This document shows, in pieces, positions 1 through 10,318 of a stretch of 64,000 nucleotides of DNA. The stretch covers positions 125,492 to 189,491 of the forward strand of contig CAYGIH010000002.1 of assembly GCA_964349945.1 (NCBI GenBank), given 5' to 3'. This stretch comes from an uncultured Candidatus Saccharibacteria bacterium (GTDB lineage Bacteria; Patescibacteriota; Minisyncoccia; Phycocordibacterales; Zambryskibacteraceae). Below the pieces are notes generated by a model. The model searched no databases. It was given only the letters and a program-made list of their open reading frames with translations, and was not told the origin of the DNA. Position 1 is the stretch's first letter. Each line of letters begins with the position of its first letter. The position numbers and the translations under genes were made by a program.

Positions 1-1494
1 CATAATATTATTGCCTTTAAAAAAACTGCAGAATCTTTGGAAGTGGCAATGCTTGATACAGAAGACCTTACAGCTATAGATTTTGTGAAGAAAAAAGTAG
101 GTTTAAGAATTTTACCAAGGCTTACAGACAACGAGTCTATGAAGTGGGCCTTACTTTCATATCAAAAAAGTCTAAAAGCTGAATTCGGAGATATCATTCA
201 AAAAGAAGTCGGGTCTATTAAAGCTATAAATGACAATCCAGATGGTGAGACGGAGATTGAGGGCGATTTGAAAAAACTTGCAGAAGATGTGCCTGTAGTC
301 AGAATAGTAGATACTCTTCTTAAGCACGCCATTATTCAAGATGCATCGGATATTCACATTGAACCAGAAGAAGGTCAGGTGTTGGTTAGGTACAGAATTG
401 ATGGTCTACTCCATGATGCGATGGTTTTACCGAAAACTACTGCCGCAGGAATCACTGCTAGGATTAAAGTTTTGTCTAATTTAAAACTAGACGAAAAGAG
501 AGTGCCTCAAGATGGTCGCTTTAAAATTGATATGAATGGAGAAAAGGTTTCTTTTAGAGTTTCTACACTCCCTACTTATTATGGAGAGAAAACAGTAATG
601 CGTTTGCTCAGAGAAAATGTTTCAGGGTTCACATTAGAAGGACTTGGCTTTCATGGGTGGGGATTATCAGAAATACACAAAGCCATAAAATATACTACCG
701 GCATGATTCTTACCACTGGCCCAACTGGTTCAGGTAAAACTACTACTCTTTATACAATTTTGGACATTGTGAACACTCCAGACGTGAATATTTCCACCAT
801 TGAGGATCCGATTGAATATCAAATGAAAAGAATAAATCAAACTCAAGTTAGACCTGATATTGGTTTCACTTTTGCTTCGGGGCTACGAACTCTCGTAAGA
901 CAGGATCCAGATATCATTATGGTGGGGGAGATCAGAGACAATGAAACGGCTGCCCTTTCAGTTAATGCAGCCCTTACTGGTCACTTGGTTCTTTCTACTT
1001 TGCACACCAACTCTGCTGCAGGTGCAATCCCGAGACTTCTTGATATGAAAGTTGAACCATTTTTGCTGGTTTCTACAGTAAATATTGTTGTAGCTCAAAG
1101 ACTTATCAGAAAATTATCTGCTAATAAAGAAAAATATTTTTTGAATAAAGAGGAAATAAAATCTTTAAGTACAATCGTAGATCTCGATAGGATGCTCGAT
1201 TTGTTAAAGGCAGAAAATTTAATTGACAAGAAGGCTACTTGGGATAAGGTGCCGTTTTATAAACCAAAGCCCAGTGTCGACAGCGTGGATGGTTATCAAA
1301 GCCGTATAGGGATACACGAAGTTTTGAAAATGACTGATACAATTAGAAATTTAGTTATGAAAGGAGCTACTGCTCATGAGATAGAAGAACAAGCTAAAAA
1401 AGATGGCATGATGACTATGATAGAAGACGGGATATACAAGGCTGTTCAAGGAGTGACAACTATCGAAGAAGTTCTTAGAGTAATTTCAGAATAA
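1..1494 (+). CDS. pilB: Type IV pilus assembly ATPase PilB/GspE, 5'-truncated at window edge
   Basis: Walker A GPTGSGKTTT, Asp box, His box (LSTLHTNSAAG). The reading frame is open from nt 1 upstream of the M at 37, so the N-terminus lies outside the window. Confidence 0.85.
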   Translation, partial: HNIIAFKKTAESLEVAMLDTEDLTAIDFVKKKVGLRILPRLTDNESMKWALLSYQKSLKAEFGDIIQKEVGSIKAINDNPDGETEIEGDLKKLAEDVPVVRIVDTLLKHAIIQDASDIHIEPEEGQVLVRYRIDGLLHDAMVLPKTTAAGITARIKVLSNLKLDEKRVPQDGRFKIDMNGEKVSFRVSTLPTYYGEKTVMRLLRENVSGFTLEGLGFHGWGLSEIHKAIKYTTGMILTTGPTGSGKTTTLYTILDIVNTPDVNISTIEDPIEYQMKRINQTQVRPDIGFTFASGLRTLVRQDPDIIMVGEIRDNETAALSVNAALTGHLVLSTLHTNSAAGAIPRLLDMKVEPFLLVSTVNIVVAQRLIRKLSANKEKYFLNKEEIKSLSTIVDLDRMLDLLKAENLIDKKATWDKVPFYKPKPSVDSVDGYQSRIGIHEVLKMTDTIRNLVMKGATAHEIEEQAKKDGMMTMIEDGIYKAVQGVTTIEEVLRVISE

Positions 1495-1497
1495 TTT

Positions 1498-2712
1498 ATG
1501 ATTAAATATTCTTATCAAGCAAAAGATAAAGACGGCAAGACCTATACAGGTTTTCATGAAGCGAATAATAGAATAGAACTATATTCAAAAATTAGAGAAG
1601 AAGGAGGATCAGTTCTTTCGGTGAAAGAATTAAAAGGAAGTATTGATTTGGATACTATTATCGCGAGTATTTTTGGTGGAGTTAAGACGCATGACAAGAT
1701 ACTTTTAGCTCGTAATCTTGGTTCAATGATCAAAGCGGGGTTAGCGGTAACAAGGGCGCTTGCAGTAATGGAAAAACAAACAAAAAACAAAATACTTGCT
1801 GCTTTGTTGAGTGACCTATCAAACGATGTAAGTAAGGGGGAGACATTATCTGATTCTATGAAGAAACGACCACATGTGTTTTCTCAATTGTTTGTATCCA
1901 TGGTCAAAGCTGGGGAGGAGTCAGGCAACCTTGCTGATTCCCTTGAAATCGTGGCTAGTCAATTAGAAAAGTCGTATACATTAGTGAAAAAAGTACGTGG
2001 GGCATTAATATATCCAACGGTGATTCTCTTCGCAATGGTGGTAATTGCCATTCTCATGCTTATTTATATGGTCCCAACTCTTACTGCAACATTTAGTGGT
2101 ATAGGGATAGATCTTCCTCTTTCAACCAAAATTATTATTTATGTGAGTGATTTTTTAGTTAAACATACCTTTATTGTTGTCAGTGGATTGATCGGCATAA
2201 TTACACTCATTATTATGTTTTTTAGAACTACTACCGGTCATAAAACATTGGATTTGCTTACTATTAAACTCCCAGCCATTGGCACAATCACAAAGGAAAT
2301 ACAGAGTGCGAGGACAGCCAGAACGCTCTCATCACTATTATCAGCGGGTGTAGATGTTGTTGTTGCTATTGGGGTAACTATAGATGTTGTTCAAAATACG
2401 TATTATAAGAAAGTTTTAGAAGAAATAAGGGTTGCTATCCAAAAAGGGGAGCTTATGTCTGGAATATTTGAAAAAAATGATGATTTATACCCCCCGTTTG
2501 TTGGGGAAATGGTGGCAGTGGGAGAGGAGACAGGAAAGATTTCTGGCATGCTTTTAGAGGTAGCGGATTATTATGAAAAAGAAGTTGATGAAGCTACAAA
2601 AGATTTGTCTACAATTATTGAGCCAGTGCTTATGATTATTATCGGATTGGGTGTAGGTATTTTTGCTGTCTCAATGCTTGCCCCTACGTATTCTATGGTT
2701 AATTATATTTAA
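1498..2712 (+). CDS. pilC: Type IV pilus inner-membrane platform protein PilC/GspF
   Basis: About 400 aa with two GspF repeats and 3 TM segments, immediately after pilB. Stop/start overlap with the next gene. Confidence 0.85.
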   Translation: MIKYSYQAKDKDGKTYTGFHEANNRIELYSKIREEGGSVLSVKELKGSIDLDTIIASIFGGVKTHDKILLARNLGSMIKAGLAVTRALAVMEKQTKNKILAALLSDLSNDVSKGETLSDSMKKRPHVFSQLFVSMVKAGEESGNLADSLEIVASQLEKSYTLVKKVRGALIYPTVILFAMVVIAILMLIYMVPTLTATFSGIGIDLPLSTKIIIYVSDFLVKHTFIVVSGLIGIITLIIMFFRTTTGHKTLDLLTIKLPAIGTITKEIQSARTARTLSSLLSAGVDVVVAIGVTIDVVQNTYYKKVLEEIRVAIQKGELMSGIFEKNDDLYPPFVGEMVAVGEETGKISGMLLEVADYYEKEVDEATKDLSTIIEPVLMIIIGLGVGIFAVSMLAPTYSMVNYI

Positions 2713-3182
2713 TGAGAAAAGAAAAATTTATAAGAAAATCTCTTGGGTTTACATTTCTAGAGTTATTAATTGGTGTTGCTGTCTTCTCTCTTTTTGTTGT
2801 TGGAATATACAATGCATATTATTCCTTGCATGGATCAATTTTGGCATCTCATTCAAAAACGGTCGCATTAGATCTTGCAAACGAACAATTTGAACTAATC
2901 AAAAACCTCCCATATTTAAGTTTGGGAACTGTAGGTGGTAACCCCACAGGACTTATACAAGCAAACCAGTCAATTGTTAGAAGTGATATCACCTTTGATA
3001 TAAATACAACTATCCAATACAAAGATGATCCGTTTGATGGAGTGGCTGGTGGTGTTCCGGATGACACCTTACCAAATGATTATAAATTAGTTGAGGTTAC
3101 TGTATCTTGTTCAACATGTAAAAACTTCGTTCCTGTAGTTATAACAGGAAGATTTTCTCCGAAAAATCTTGAAAGTAATTAA
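2712..3182 (+). CDS. Prepilin-type N-terminal cleavage/methylation domain protein (minor pilin/pseudopilin)
   Basis: N-terminal GFTFLELLIGVAVF class III signal motif. ATGA overlap with pilC stop. Confidence 0.6.
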   Translation: MRKEKFIRKSLGFTFLELLIGVAVFSLFVVGIYNAYYSLHGSILASHSKTVALDLANEQFELIKNLPYLSLGTVGGNPTGLIQANQSIVRSDITFDINTTIQYKDDPFDGVAGGVPDDTLPNDYKLVEVTVSCSTCKNFVPVVITGRFSPKNLESN

Positions 3183-3789
3183 TATGAAAAAAAACGGATT
3201 CACTCTAATAGAATTTTTGATGGCAGTTTCTATGGTGACAATTATTATTGTCGTGGTCACTATGTTCATAAAAGATGTTTTTTCATTCAATTCTTCTTCT
3301 CAAGCAAGCATGACTTCAACACTTGAGGGTAGAAAGGTTTTAAGGACAATGGTAGCTGAAATTAGAGCTATCACTCAAGGTGTAGACAATTCTTATGCCA
3401 TAAATACAGCATCTACCAGCACTCTTGTTTTTTATGTAGATACCAACGGAGATAGTCTTTCAGATAAGATAAGATATTACTTGGATGCTCCTTCTAAATC
3501 AATAAAGAGAGGAGTAATCCTTGCTTCTGGGTCTCCCTCTGGATATTCTGCTTCAGAAGATGTTTCAACCTTAATAAATAATGTCTCAAATGGAACCTCA
3601 ACAGCACTATTTGATTACTTTGATGAGGATTATGCAGGCACTACCAGTCCTATGACTATTCCTGTAGATCCGGCTTCAATTAGAATAATTAGGATTACTG
3701 TTAAGATTGATAAAGATATAAATCGTTCTCCTATGTCAGTCACGGTCACCTCTGAAGCTGTGCTTAGAAATTTAAAGGATAATTTATGA
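3169..3789 (+). CDS. Prepilin-type minor pilin
   Basis: N-terminal KNGFTLIEFLMAVSMV prepilin motif. Confidence 0.6.
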   Translation: MKVINMKKNGFTLIEFLMAVSMVTIIIVVVTMFIKDVFSFNSSSQASMTSTLEGRKVLRTMVAEIRAITQGVDNSYAINTASTSTLVFYVDTNGDSLSDKIRYYLDAPSKSIKRGVILASGSPSGYSASEDVSTLINNVSNGTSTALFDYFDEDYAGTTSPMTIPVDPASIRIIRITVKIDKDINRSPMSVTVTSEAVLRNLKDNL

Positions 3790-4964
3790 TCAACAAAAAA
3801 ACAAATGGATACTTTCTGATTCAAGTGCTTGTTTTTGGAGCAGTGGCAACGATAGTTATTTCCGGTTTAATTATGTTTGCAATTACAAATACTAAACTCG
3901 GAAGGAGAGCCGTCTTATCTGAACAAGCCTTCCAGATAGCTGAGGCAGGTGTTGAGTACTACAGATGGCATTTATCGCATGCTCCTAGTGATTTTAAAGA
4001 TGGAACAAATGATGCGGGACCGTATGTGAAAAATTTTTATGATAAGAATGACAATTTGTTAGGCACTTATACACTGACTATCACTCCATCTGCAAATGGT
4101 AGCTCAGTCACTATAAAATCTGTCGGGACATCGAGCGTAGATCCAAGTGTAAAGAGAACTGTTGTTACAAAAGTAACCACCGGTACAGGGGTAACATTTC
4201 ACTATGGAGTACAATCAGGAGTAGGGGGATTTGTTATGGGTGGAAACTCAGTAGTTAATGGAAATGTTTATTCAAACGGAGATATTACTGGAGGTAATGG
4301 TTCCTCTATAACTGGTAGTGCCAATGCAGTTGGGACAATTTCAAACGTTTCTGTGGGAACGAGTCAGACAGGTGTTTTACCTCAAGATATGCCTGTGACA
4401 CAAGCTGAAATAGATGGATGGAAATTAGATGCTGCTACCACAACTTTTGTGGGTAATAAAACAATAAATGGTTCGAATAATAATCTTGGGCCAATGAAAA
4501 TTCAAGGTAACTTAATCCTAAGCAATAATGCTACTTTAACTATTACTGGCACCTTGTGGGTAACAGGAACTATTACTTTAGGAAATAACGCTACAATCAA
4601 TCTTTCTTCAAACTATGGTGCCACTGGTGGAATAGTTATCGCTGATGGTGATATTTCTCTTGGTAATGATGTTAATCTAAGCGGTTCGGGTACAACAGGA
4701 AGTTATCTAATGTTTATATCTCTTTCAACCTCCTCTTTGGCCATAGATATGGGTAATGGCAATGCTGCTACGGTTATGCTTTATGCCCCAAATGGAACAA
4801 TAAATGTGAAAAATAACGCTAGCCTGAGAGCTTTATCGGCTAAAACTATTAATCTGGGGAACAATGTAGAATTAAATTATGTTACAGGGATTATCGATAC
4901 CACCTTCAGCAGTGGACCTTCAGGGGGGTGGAGTATTGATGGTTGGCAAGAAGTAAGTAACTAA
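3786..4964 (+). CDS. PilX-like pilus-associated protein with C-terminal beta-helix-like repeats
   Basis: N-terminal hydrophobic anchor, then repeated G-N-N-A-T-[LI]-T/N-[LI]-S/T-G units (TLTITGTLWVTGTITLGNNATINLSSN). Confidence 0.45.
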   Translation: MINKKTNGYFLIQVLVFGAVATIVISGLIMFAITNTKLGRRAVLSEQAFQIAEAGVEYYRWHLSHAPSDFKDGTNDAGPYVKNFYDKNDNLLGTYTLTITPSANGSSVTIKSVGTSSVDPSVKRTVVTKVTTGTGVTFHYGVQSGVGGFVMGGNSVVNGNVYSNGDITGGNGSSITGSANAVGTISNVSVGTSQTGVLPQDMPVTQAEIDGWKLDAATTTFVGNKTINGSNNNLGPMKIQGNLILSNNATLTITGTLWVTGTITLGNNATINLSSNYGATGGIVIADGDISLGNDVNLSGSGTTGSYLMFISLSTSSLAIDMGNGNAATVMLYAPNGTINVKNNASLRALSAKTINLGNNVELNYVTGIIDTTFSSGPSGGWSIDGWQEVSN

Positions 4965-5000
4965 TGAGCGTCTTCGGTTGGAATCATTTATACTATAGGT

Positions 5001-5756
5001 ATGGTTAAACCCATTCTTGTTGCTAATTGGAAAAATTATCCAAATTCTTTGGAGGAAGTAAGAGATCTTCTTAGAGATATATCCAAAAATCCTACCCAAT
5101 TTAAAAAAGTTAATCTTTTTATTGCTCCTCCATTCGTGTACCTAGAACAAGTCGTTGATAAAATAAAAAAATTTGGTTCTTTGGCCGTTCAAGATGTGCC
5201 ACTTATGTTTGAAGGTACTTACACAGGAGAGTTGAGTATGCATATTCTAAAGAGTTTTGGAGTTAGACTAAGTATTGTTGGCCATAGTGAGAGGAGAAAG
5301 CTGGGGGAAACAAACGAAGTAATAAACCATAAAATAAAAAATATTTTGAGGGCAGGGATGATTCCACTTCTATGTGTTGGTGAGAAGGAAAAAGATTTGC
5401 ATGGAGAACATTTTGAATTTGTTCGAGAACAGATTGTTGCCTGTTTATATAAGATAAAAAAAGAGGATGTTTCTAAAATTATTATCGCTTATGAACCAGT
5501 GTGGACTATAGGTAAACGGGCAAAAGATGCAATGGAAAGAGAAAATATTGAACAGATGGTAATTTATATTAAAAAAATATTAACTGACCAATATTCCAGA
5601 GAAATCGCTGAAAAAATAAAAATTCTCTATGGGGGTTCTGTGGAGCCAACTAACGCAGAATCAATTTTTGGGTCTGGCGTTAATGGTTTCTTGATTGGAC
5701 ATTCATCAATTGATGCAGGATTTTTTAATAAAATTGTTAAAATGCTAAATAATTAA
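5001..5756 (+). CDS. tpiA: Triosephosphate isomerase
   Basis: VANWKNY N-terminus, catalytic GHSERR, YGGSV phosphate loop. Confidence 0.85.
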   Translation: MVKPILVANWKNYPNSLEEVRDLLRDISKNPTQFKKVNLFIAPPFVYLEQVVDKIKKFGSLAVQDVPLMFEGTYTGELSMHILKSFGVRLSIVGHSERRKLGETNEVINHKIKNILRAGMIPLLCVGEKEKDLHGEHFEFVREQIVACLYKIKKEDVSKIIIAYEPVWTIGKRAKDAMERENIEQMVIYIKKILTDQYSREIAEKIKILYGGSVEPTNAESIFGSGVNGFLIGHSSIDAGFFNKIVKMLNN

Positions 5757-5757
5757 T

Positions 5758-6861
5758 ATGGACTTTAAAACTTTGCTCGAGGTCGGTGACTTGGAAGGAA
5801 AACGAGTTTTGGTTCGTGTTGATTGGAATGTACCTATAAAAAACGGCTCTGTAGTTGATGATTTCAGGATTAGAGAAGCATTACCTACTATTGAATATTT
5901 ACTTAAACATGGAGCTAAGGTGACAATTATTAGCCATGCAGAATCTTCTGTTGGTACAGGTATGCAACAAGAAGTTTCACTTGAACCAGTATATGAATGC
6001 GCGAAAAAATTTCTTCCAGAACTTACGTTTAAAAAAGAAAGCGATTTAGTTTTATTAGAAAATTTAAGACATGATGTTGGTGAGAGGGATAATTCAAGAG
6101 AATTTGCACTCACCTTAACAAAAAATATTGATTTATTTGTGAACGAAGCCTTTTCTGCATCGCATAGAGAGCATGCTTCTATAATTGGGGTGCCAAAATT
6201 GTTACCAAGCTTCGCGGGTCTTCGGTTCACAGAGGAAGTGAAGAGATTGTCAAAGGCTTTTTATCCCAAACATCCATTCCTGTTTATTCTTGGGGGAGCA
6301 AAATTTGATACTAAACTTCCTCTCATAGATAAATTTATTCAAATTGCAGATACTTTGTTTGTTGGGGGAGCGCTGGCCCACAATTTTTACAAAGAAATGA
6401 AACATAATATTGGAGATTCCCTTGTTTCTAATAAAGAATTTGGATTATTAGATAAAATTGCTACAGGTAAAATAATTTTACCTGTAGAAGTGGTGGTCAA
6501 AGGACACGACGGTATACGAGCCGAGTCAGTAGATCATGTGGCCGATGGTGATGTTATCTTAGACGCTGGGCCAAGAACCTTAGAAGATTTGGAAACGAAG
6601 ATTCATAATGCACAATTTATTCTTTGGAATGGTCCGTTAGGAAATTATGAGAATGGGTTTAAGGGGGGAACACTAAAATTGGCTCAATTACTGGCAGAAT
6701 CAGGAAAAGAGGTAATTATCGGTGGGGTAGACACCTTGGCTTGTATTGAAGAGCTAGGTTTGTTTAATAAATATTCTTTTGTTTCTACTGGGGGTGGCGC
6801 AATGCTTGATTTTCTGGCTACGGGCACACTTCCTGGCATAGAAGCTCTTAAGAAGATATAG
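5758..6861 (+). CDS. pgk: Phosphoglycerate kinase
   Basis: RVDWNVP N-terminal motif and GGGA C-terminal hinge motif. Confidence 0.9.
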   Translation: MDFKTLLEVGDLEGKRVLVRVDWNVPIKNGSVVDDFRIREALPTIEYLLKHGAKVTIISHAESSVGTGMQQEVSLEPVYECAKKFLPELTFKKESDLVLLENLRHDVGERDNSREFALTLTKNIDLFVNEAFSASHREHASIIGVPKLLPSFAGLRFTEEVKRLSKAFYPKHPFLFILGGAKFDTKLPLIDKFIQIADTLFVGGALAHNFYKEMKHNIGDSLVSNKEFGLLDKIATGKIILPVEVVVKGHDGIRAESVDHVADGDVILDAGPRTLEDLETKIHNAQFILWNGPLGNYENGFKGGTLKLAQLLAESGKEVIIGGVDTLACIEELGLFNKYSFVSTGGGAMLDFLATGTLPGIEALKKI

Positions 6862-7171
6862 GTATCTTGTGTGGAGTAAGGTGAACGTGAACATGTGGTA
6901 CATCAACTCCAACTATAGAAACTTCAATATAATCTGCCGAGTACTCCTTTTTTAGTTTTATGGCCAATGTTTTCATCACTCTCATCATTTTGTCTGATAA
7001 GTCGTTAGGGAGTTCGTAAAACCAACGATAATGTGGAGACGGGATGACTAGGGTGTGCCCAGGATTAGATTGGTTGATATCTAGCATGGACAATATATCG
7101 CCATCTTCATGATGGGTCTTCTCACTTGGTATTTCACCTTTAATTATTTTACAAAAAATGCAGTCATCCAT
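6848..7171 (-). CDS. HIT-family (histidine triad) nucleotide hydrolase
   Basis: HVHVHLTP histidine triad motif in a 107 aa protein. Confidence 0.8.
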   Translation of the reverse strand: MDDCIFCKIIKGEIPSEKTHHEDGDILSMLDINQSNPGHTLVIPSPHYRWFYELPNDLSDKMMRVMKTLAIKLKKEYSADYIEVSIVGVDVPHVHVHLTPHKIPISS

Positions 7172-7172
7172 A

Positions 7173-8129
7173 TTAGTAGGAATAATAATTTACTAATTTA
7201 CCCATATTATCTAATAGAGAGATTGTATCATTGCTCTTTGACCACATTTCAAAACTTCTACCCAAGAAAATTCTCCATGCTGGATAATTAAAGTCCGGGT
7301 CATCTTTGTGGTTATTAATACACATTGCATAAGATGCGTGTTGTTTAATAAAGTTTACACAGGAGCTTGATAAACGAGATTCTCCATCTACACAACCAGT
7401 ACAGACTTCTCCCTTTTGATTTGAACCATCAAATTTTGGGGTGTGACAGCCAGATATCCCAGAAACATAATCTTTGCATTGCTGATCGAGGCTATTAAAA
7501 CCAACCTCTCTTTTCATTAATGGGCAATTTGTTTCGAGTGGAGGAGTAAATTGGTATTCTGGTAGCTTTTCTAAATATCCAGAACATTTATTTTCTCTAA
7601 AATTAACAATCTTATATGGCGAGTTTATCCCTAATGACCCACTACTTACTATCACTCTATCTCCATCATCGAGCACTATATCAACAAAATTATTATTACC
7701 TGTTGGAGAAATATAAGTTGTTGCCCTGGGTATCATTACTGAATCAATACCATAATTTAATGTATTACCACTTATCTCATAAGTTTTGGTGTCCTTAGAA
7801 TTTTTAAGTGTCCAACCGGAGATGTTTATCTTGTTTTTGCCTCTAGTTTCGATGGTGACATACTCATTAAAAGGATCTGATTCATATGAAGCGTTACCCG
7901 GTCCAACTAAAATTCCTGAGGTAAAGATTGAATCCGGTTTTGGCCCATTGTATGAGTTATTAGAAAAATTCCACTGATTTTTATCTCCTACAGTTCTGAA
8001 TATCCCACCAACTGGGCCAAGCTTCTTCTCAGGGATTATAAAGACGAAGATAACAATACAGAGAGCAATTAATATTAAAAGACCATCATCTCCAGCACCA
8101 CCATTAAATTTTCTAAGTATATTTTTCAT
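7173..8129 (-). CDS. Membrane-anchored protein with lamin-tail-like (LTD) domain
   Basis: N-terminal TM helix, NEYVTIETRG...ISGWTLKN resembling the LTD signature, and a Cys-rich C-terminus. Confidence 0.4.
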   Translation of the reverse strand: MKNILRKFNGGAGDDGLLILIALCIVIFVFIIPEKKLGPVGGIFRTVGDKNQWNFSNNSYNGPKPDSIFTSGILVGPGNASYESDPFNEYVTIETRGKNKINISGWTLKNSKDTKTYEISGNTLNYGIDSVMIPRATTYISPTGNNNFVDIVLDDGDRVIVSSGSLGINSPYKIVNFRENKCSGYLEKLPEYQFTPPLETNCPLMKREVGFNSLDQQCKDYVSGISGCHTPKFDGSNQKGEVCTGCVDGESRLSSSCVNFIKQHASYAMCINNHKDDPDFNYPAWRIFLGRSFEMWSKSNDTISLLDNMGKLVNYYSY

Positions 8130-8178
8130 AAGCTAATCATAATACAAACAGTGATTGCCTGCATGCTAGAATGAATAA

Positions 8179-9837
8179 ATGGAAGTCCTACATTTCGCTC
8201 AAATTTTCGCCTCTATGCTCGAGGAAAGGGGTATTTTCCATGAACAAGCAGAGGAATTTTTGAACCCCAGCTATTCTAAACTACATAATCCACTGCTTCT
8301 ACCAGACATGGAGAAGGCTCGAGATAGGGTAATAGAGGGGGTAAAGAACAAAGAACACATAGTGGTTTTTTCTGATTATGATGCAGATGGTATACCTGGA
8401 GCCGTAGTAATGGCTGACTTTTTTAAACGAATAAATTATGAAAATGTTTCTTTTTATATACCTCATAGACATGATGAAGGTTTTGGATTGAATGAAGAGG
8501 CTGTAAACGAGATAGAGAAAAGGGGAACGAAACTTCTTATCACTGTAGATTGTGGGACAGCCGACCATTTTGAAGTTGAGCATGCTCAAAAGGCGGGTAT
8601 AGATGTGATTATCACGGACCATCATGAATCAGATGAACTACCTAAGGCGTATGCGATAGTGAATCCAAAGAGAAAGGATTCAAATTATCCTTTTAAAGAA
8701 CTTTGTGGAGCTGGGCTGGCATTTAAATTAGTACAAGCCATATTAGAAAAAGAAAAATTTGGGGTGAAGGAAGGGATGGAGAAATGGTCCTTGGATATGG
8801 TGGCTATAGCCACGCTTTCTGACATGGTCCCACTTGTGGGTGAGAACAGAATTTTGGCTAAATTTGGATTAAATGTTCTCCGTAAATCTCCTCGCCTTGG
8901 ACTCTCTGCACTTTTTAGGATTATGAAAATGGATCAAGCGAATCTTTCTGAAGATGATGTGGCTTTTATGATTACCCCAAGGATTAATGCAGCATCAAGA
9001 ATGGGTGTGCCTATGGATGCATTTAATCTACTATCAACTACGAATCAACTAGAGGCAGAAAAATATGCAATGCACTTAGAGCAAATAAATAATGAACGCA
9101 AAGGCATCGTGGCTCAATTGGTAAAAGATGCGAAGCATAAATTATCTTTGAGGCAAGATATTCCTGATGTGATAGTGATTGGTAATCCAGATTGGAAACC
9201 AAGTTTACTAGGTCTTGTAGCTAATTCACTTGTAGAAGATTATCTTCGACCGGTGTTTGTATGGGGAAGAGATGGTGACGGAGTGATAAAAGGTTCGTGT
9301 AGGTCTTATGATGGGATAGATTTGTATGAGCTTATGAAAGGTGCCAAGAAAGCCTTCATTGAATATGGAGGACACACAGGAGCAGGTGGGTTTTCTTGTA
9401 CACTTGAACAGATTGGAGTGCTTGAGGGAAAATTATCTAAAGTGGTCGGGAAACATTCGATGTTAAAAGATTCTCAAACATCGAATGTTGAGGAGACCAG
9501 AATTAAAATTCAAATAGATGATGTTGGGGAGAATCTTTGGAACACCATCGCTCCCTTCGCACCATTTGGGATGGGGAATCCAAAGCCAGTGTTTTATTTA
9601 AAGAATGCAGAAATAAAATCAGCCAAGAATTTTGGGAAGAAAGGAGACCATATGGAAATAATCTTTAAAACCAAAGACGGAAGAAGCATAAAGGCTATTC
9701 AATTCTTTACTACTATAGAAGACCAAAAAACTCCTATCACTGCTGGTTCACATGCCTCCTTTACTGCCCACCTTGAAAAGTCCTTCTTTATGAACCGCCC
9801 AGAGGTTCGTCTACGCATCCTAGAAATAGGGTTATAA
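8179..9837 (+). CDS. recJ: Single-stranded-DNA-specific exonuclease RecJ
   Basis: DHH motifs (DYDADGI, ITDHHE) and a DHHA1 region. Confidence 0.85.
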   Translation: MEVLHFAQIFASMLEERGIFHEQAEEFLNPSYSKLHNPLLLPDMEKARDRVIEGVKNKEHIVVFSDYDADGIPGAVVMADFFKRINYENVSFYIPHRHDEGFGLNEEAVNEIEKRGTKLLITVDCGTADHFEVEHAQKAGIDVIITDHHESDELPKAYAIVNPKRKDSNYPFKELCGAGLAFKLVQAILEKEKFGVKEGMEKWSLDMVAIATLSDMVPLVGENRILAKFGLNVLRKSPRLGLSALFRIMKMDQANLSEDDVAFMITPRINAASRMGVPMDAFNLLSTTNQLEAEKYAMHLEQINNERKGIVAQLVKDAKHKLSLRQDIPDVIVIGNPDWKPSLLGLVANSLVEDYLRPVFVWGRDGDGVIKGSCRSYDGIDLYELMKGAKKAFIEYGGHTGAGGFSCTLEQIGVLEGKLSKVVGKHSMLKDSQTSNVEETRIKIQIDDVGENLWNTIAPFAPFGMGNPKPVFYLKNAEIKSAKNFGKKGDHMEIIFKTKDGRSIKAIQFFTTIEDQKTPITAGSHASFTAHLEKSFFMNRPEVRLRILEIGL

Positions 9838-9844
9838 TGACCAA

Positions 9845-10318
9845 ATGATAATTATTTATACAGACGGATCTTCTAGAGGGAATCCTGGACCGGGGGGTTG
9901 GGGGGCAATAATTGCAGATGAGAAGAAGGTTAGGGAACTTGGTGGGAAAGAAGAACATACTACGAATAATAGGATGGAATTAACTGCGGCCATTCGAGCG
10001 ACTCAATCACTTGAACAAGGTGCAGAAGCCACAATCTTTTGTGACGCTTCTTATGTGGTGAAGGGAATTACAGAATGGATTCATGGGTGGCATAGGAACA
10101 ATTGGAAGACTGCAGGCAAGAAGCCAGTGGAGAACAAAGATTTATGGATTAACTTGTTTGAAGCCATTCAAGGTAAAAAATTACATTGGAAACTCATCGC
10201 AGGTCACGCAGGTATAGAAGGGAACGAGAGGTGTGATGTGATAGCCACAGGCTTCGCAGATGGAGAACATATAGATTTATACGATGGGGCAAGGAGCAAA
10301 TATAAAATTAAACTTTAA
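9845..10318 (+). CDS. rnhA: Ribonuclease HI
   Basis: IYTDGSSRGNPGPGGWG and NNRMEL catalytic motifs. Confidence 0.9.
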   Translation: MIIIYTDGSSRGNPGPGGWGAIIADEKKVRELGGKEEHTTNNRMELTAAIRATQSLEQGAEATIFCDASYVVKGITEWIHGWHRNNWKTAGKKPVENKDLWINLFEAIQGKKLHWKLIAGHAGIEGNERCDVIATGFADGEHIDLYDGARSKYKIKL

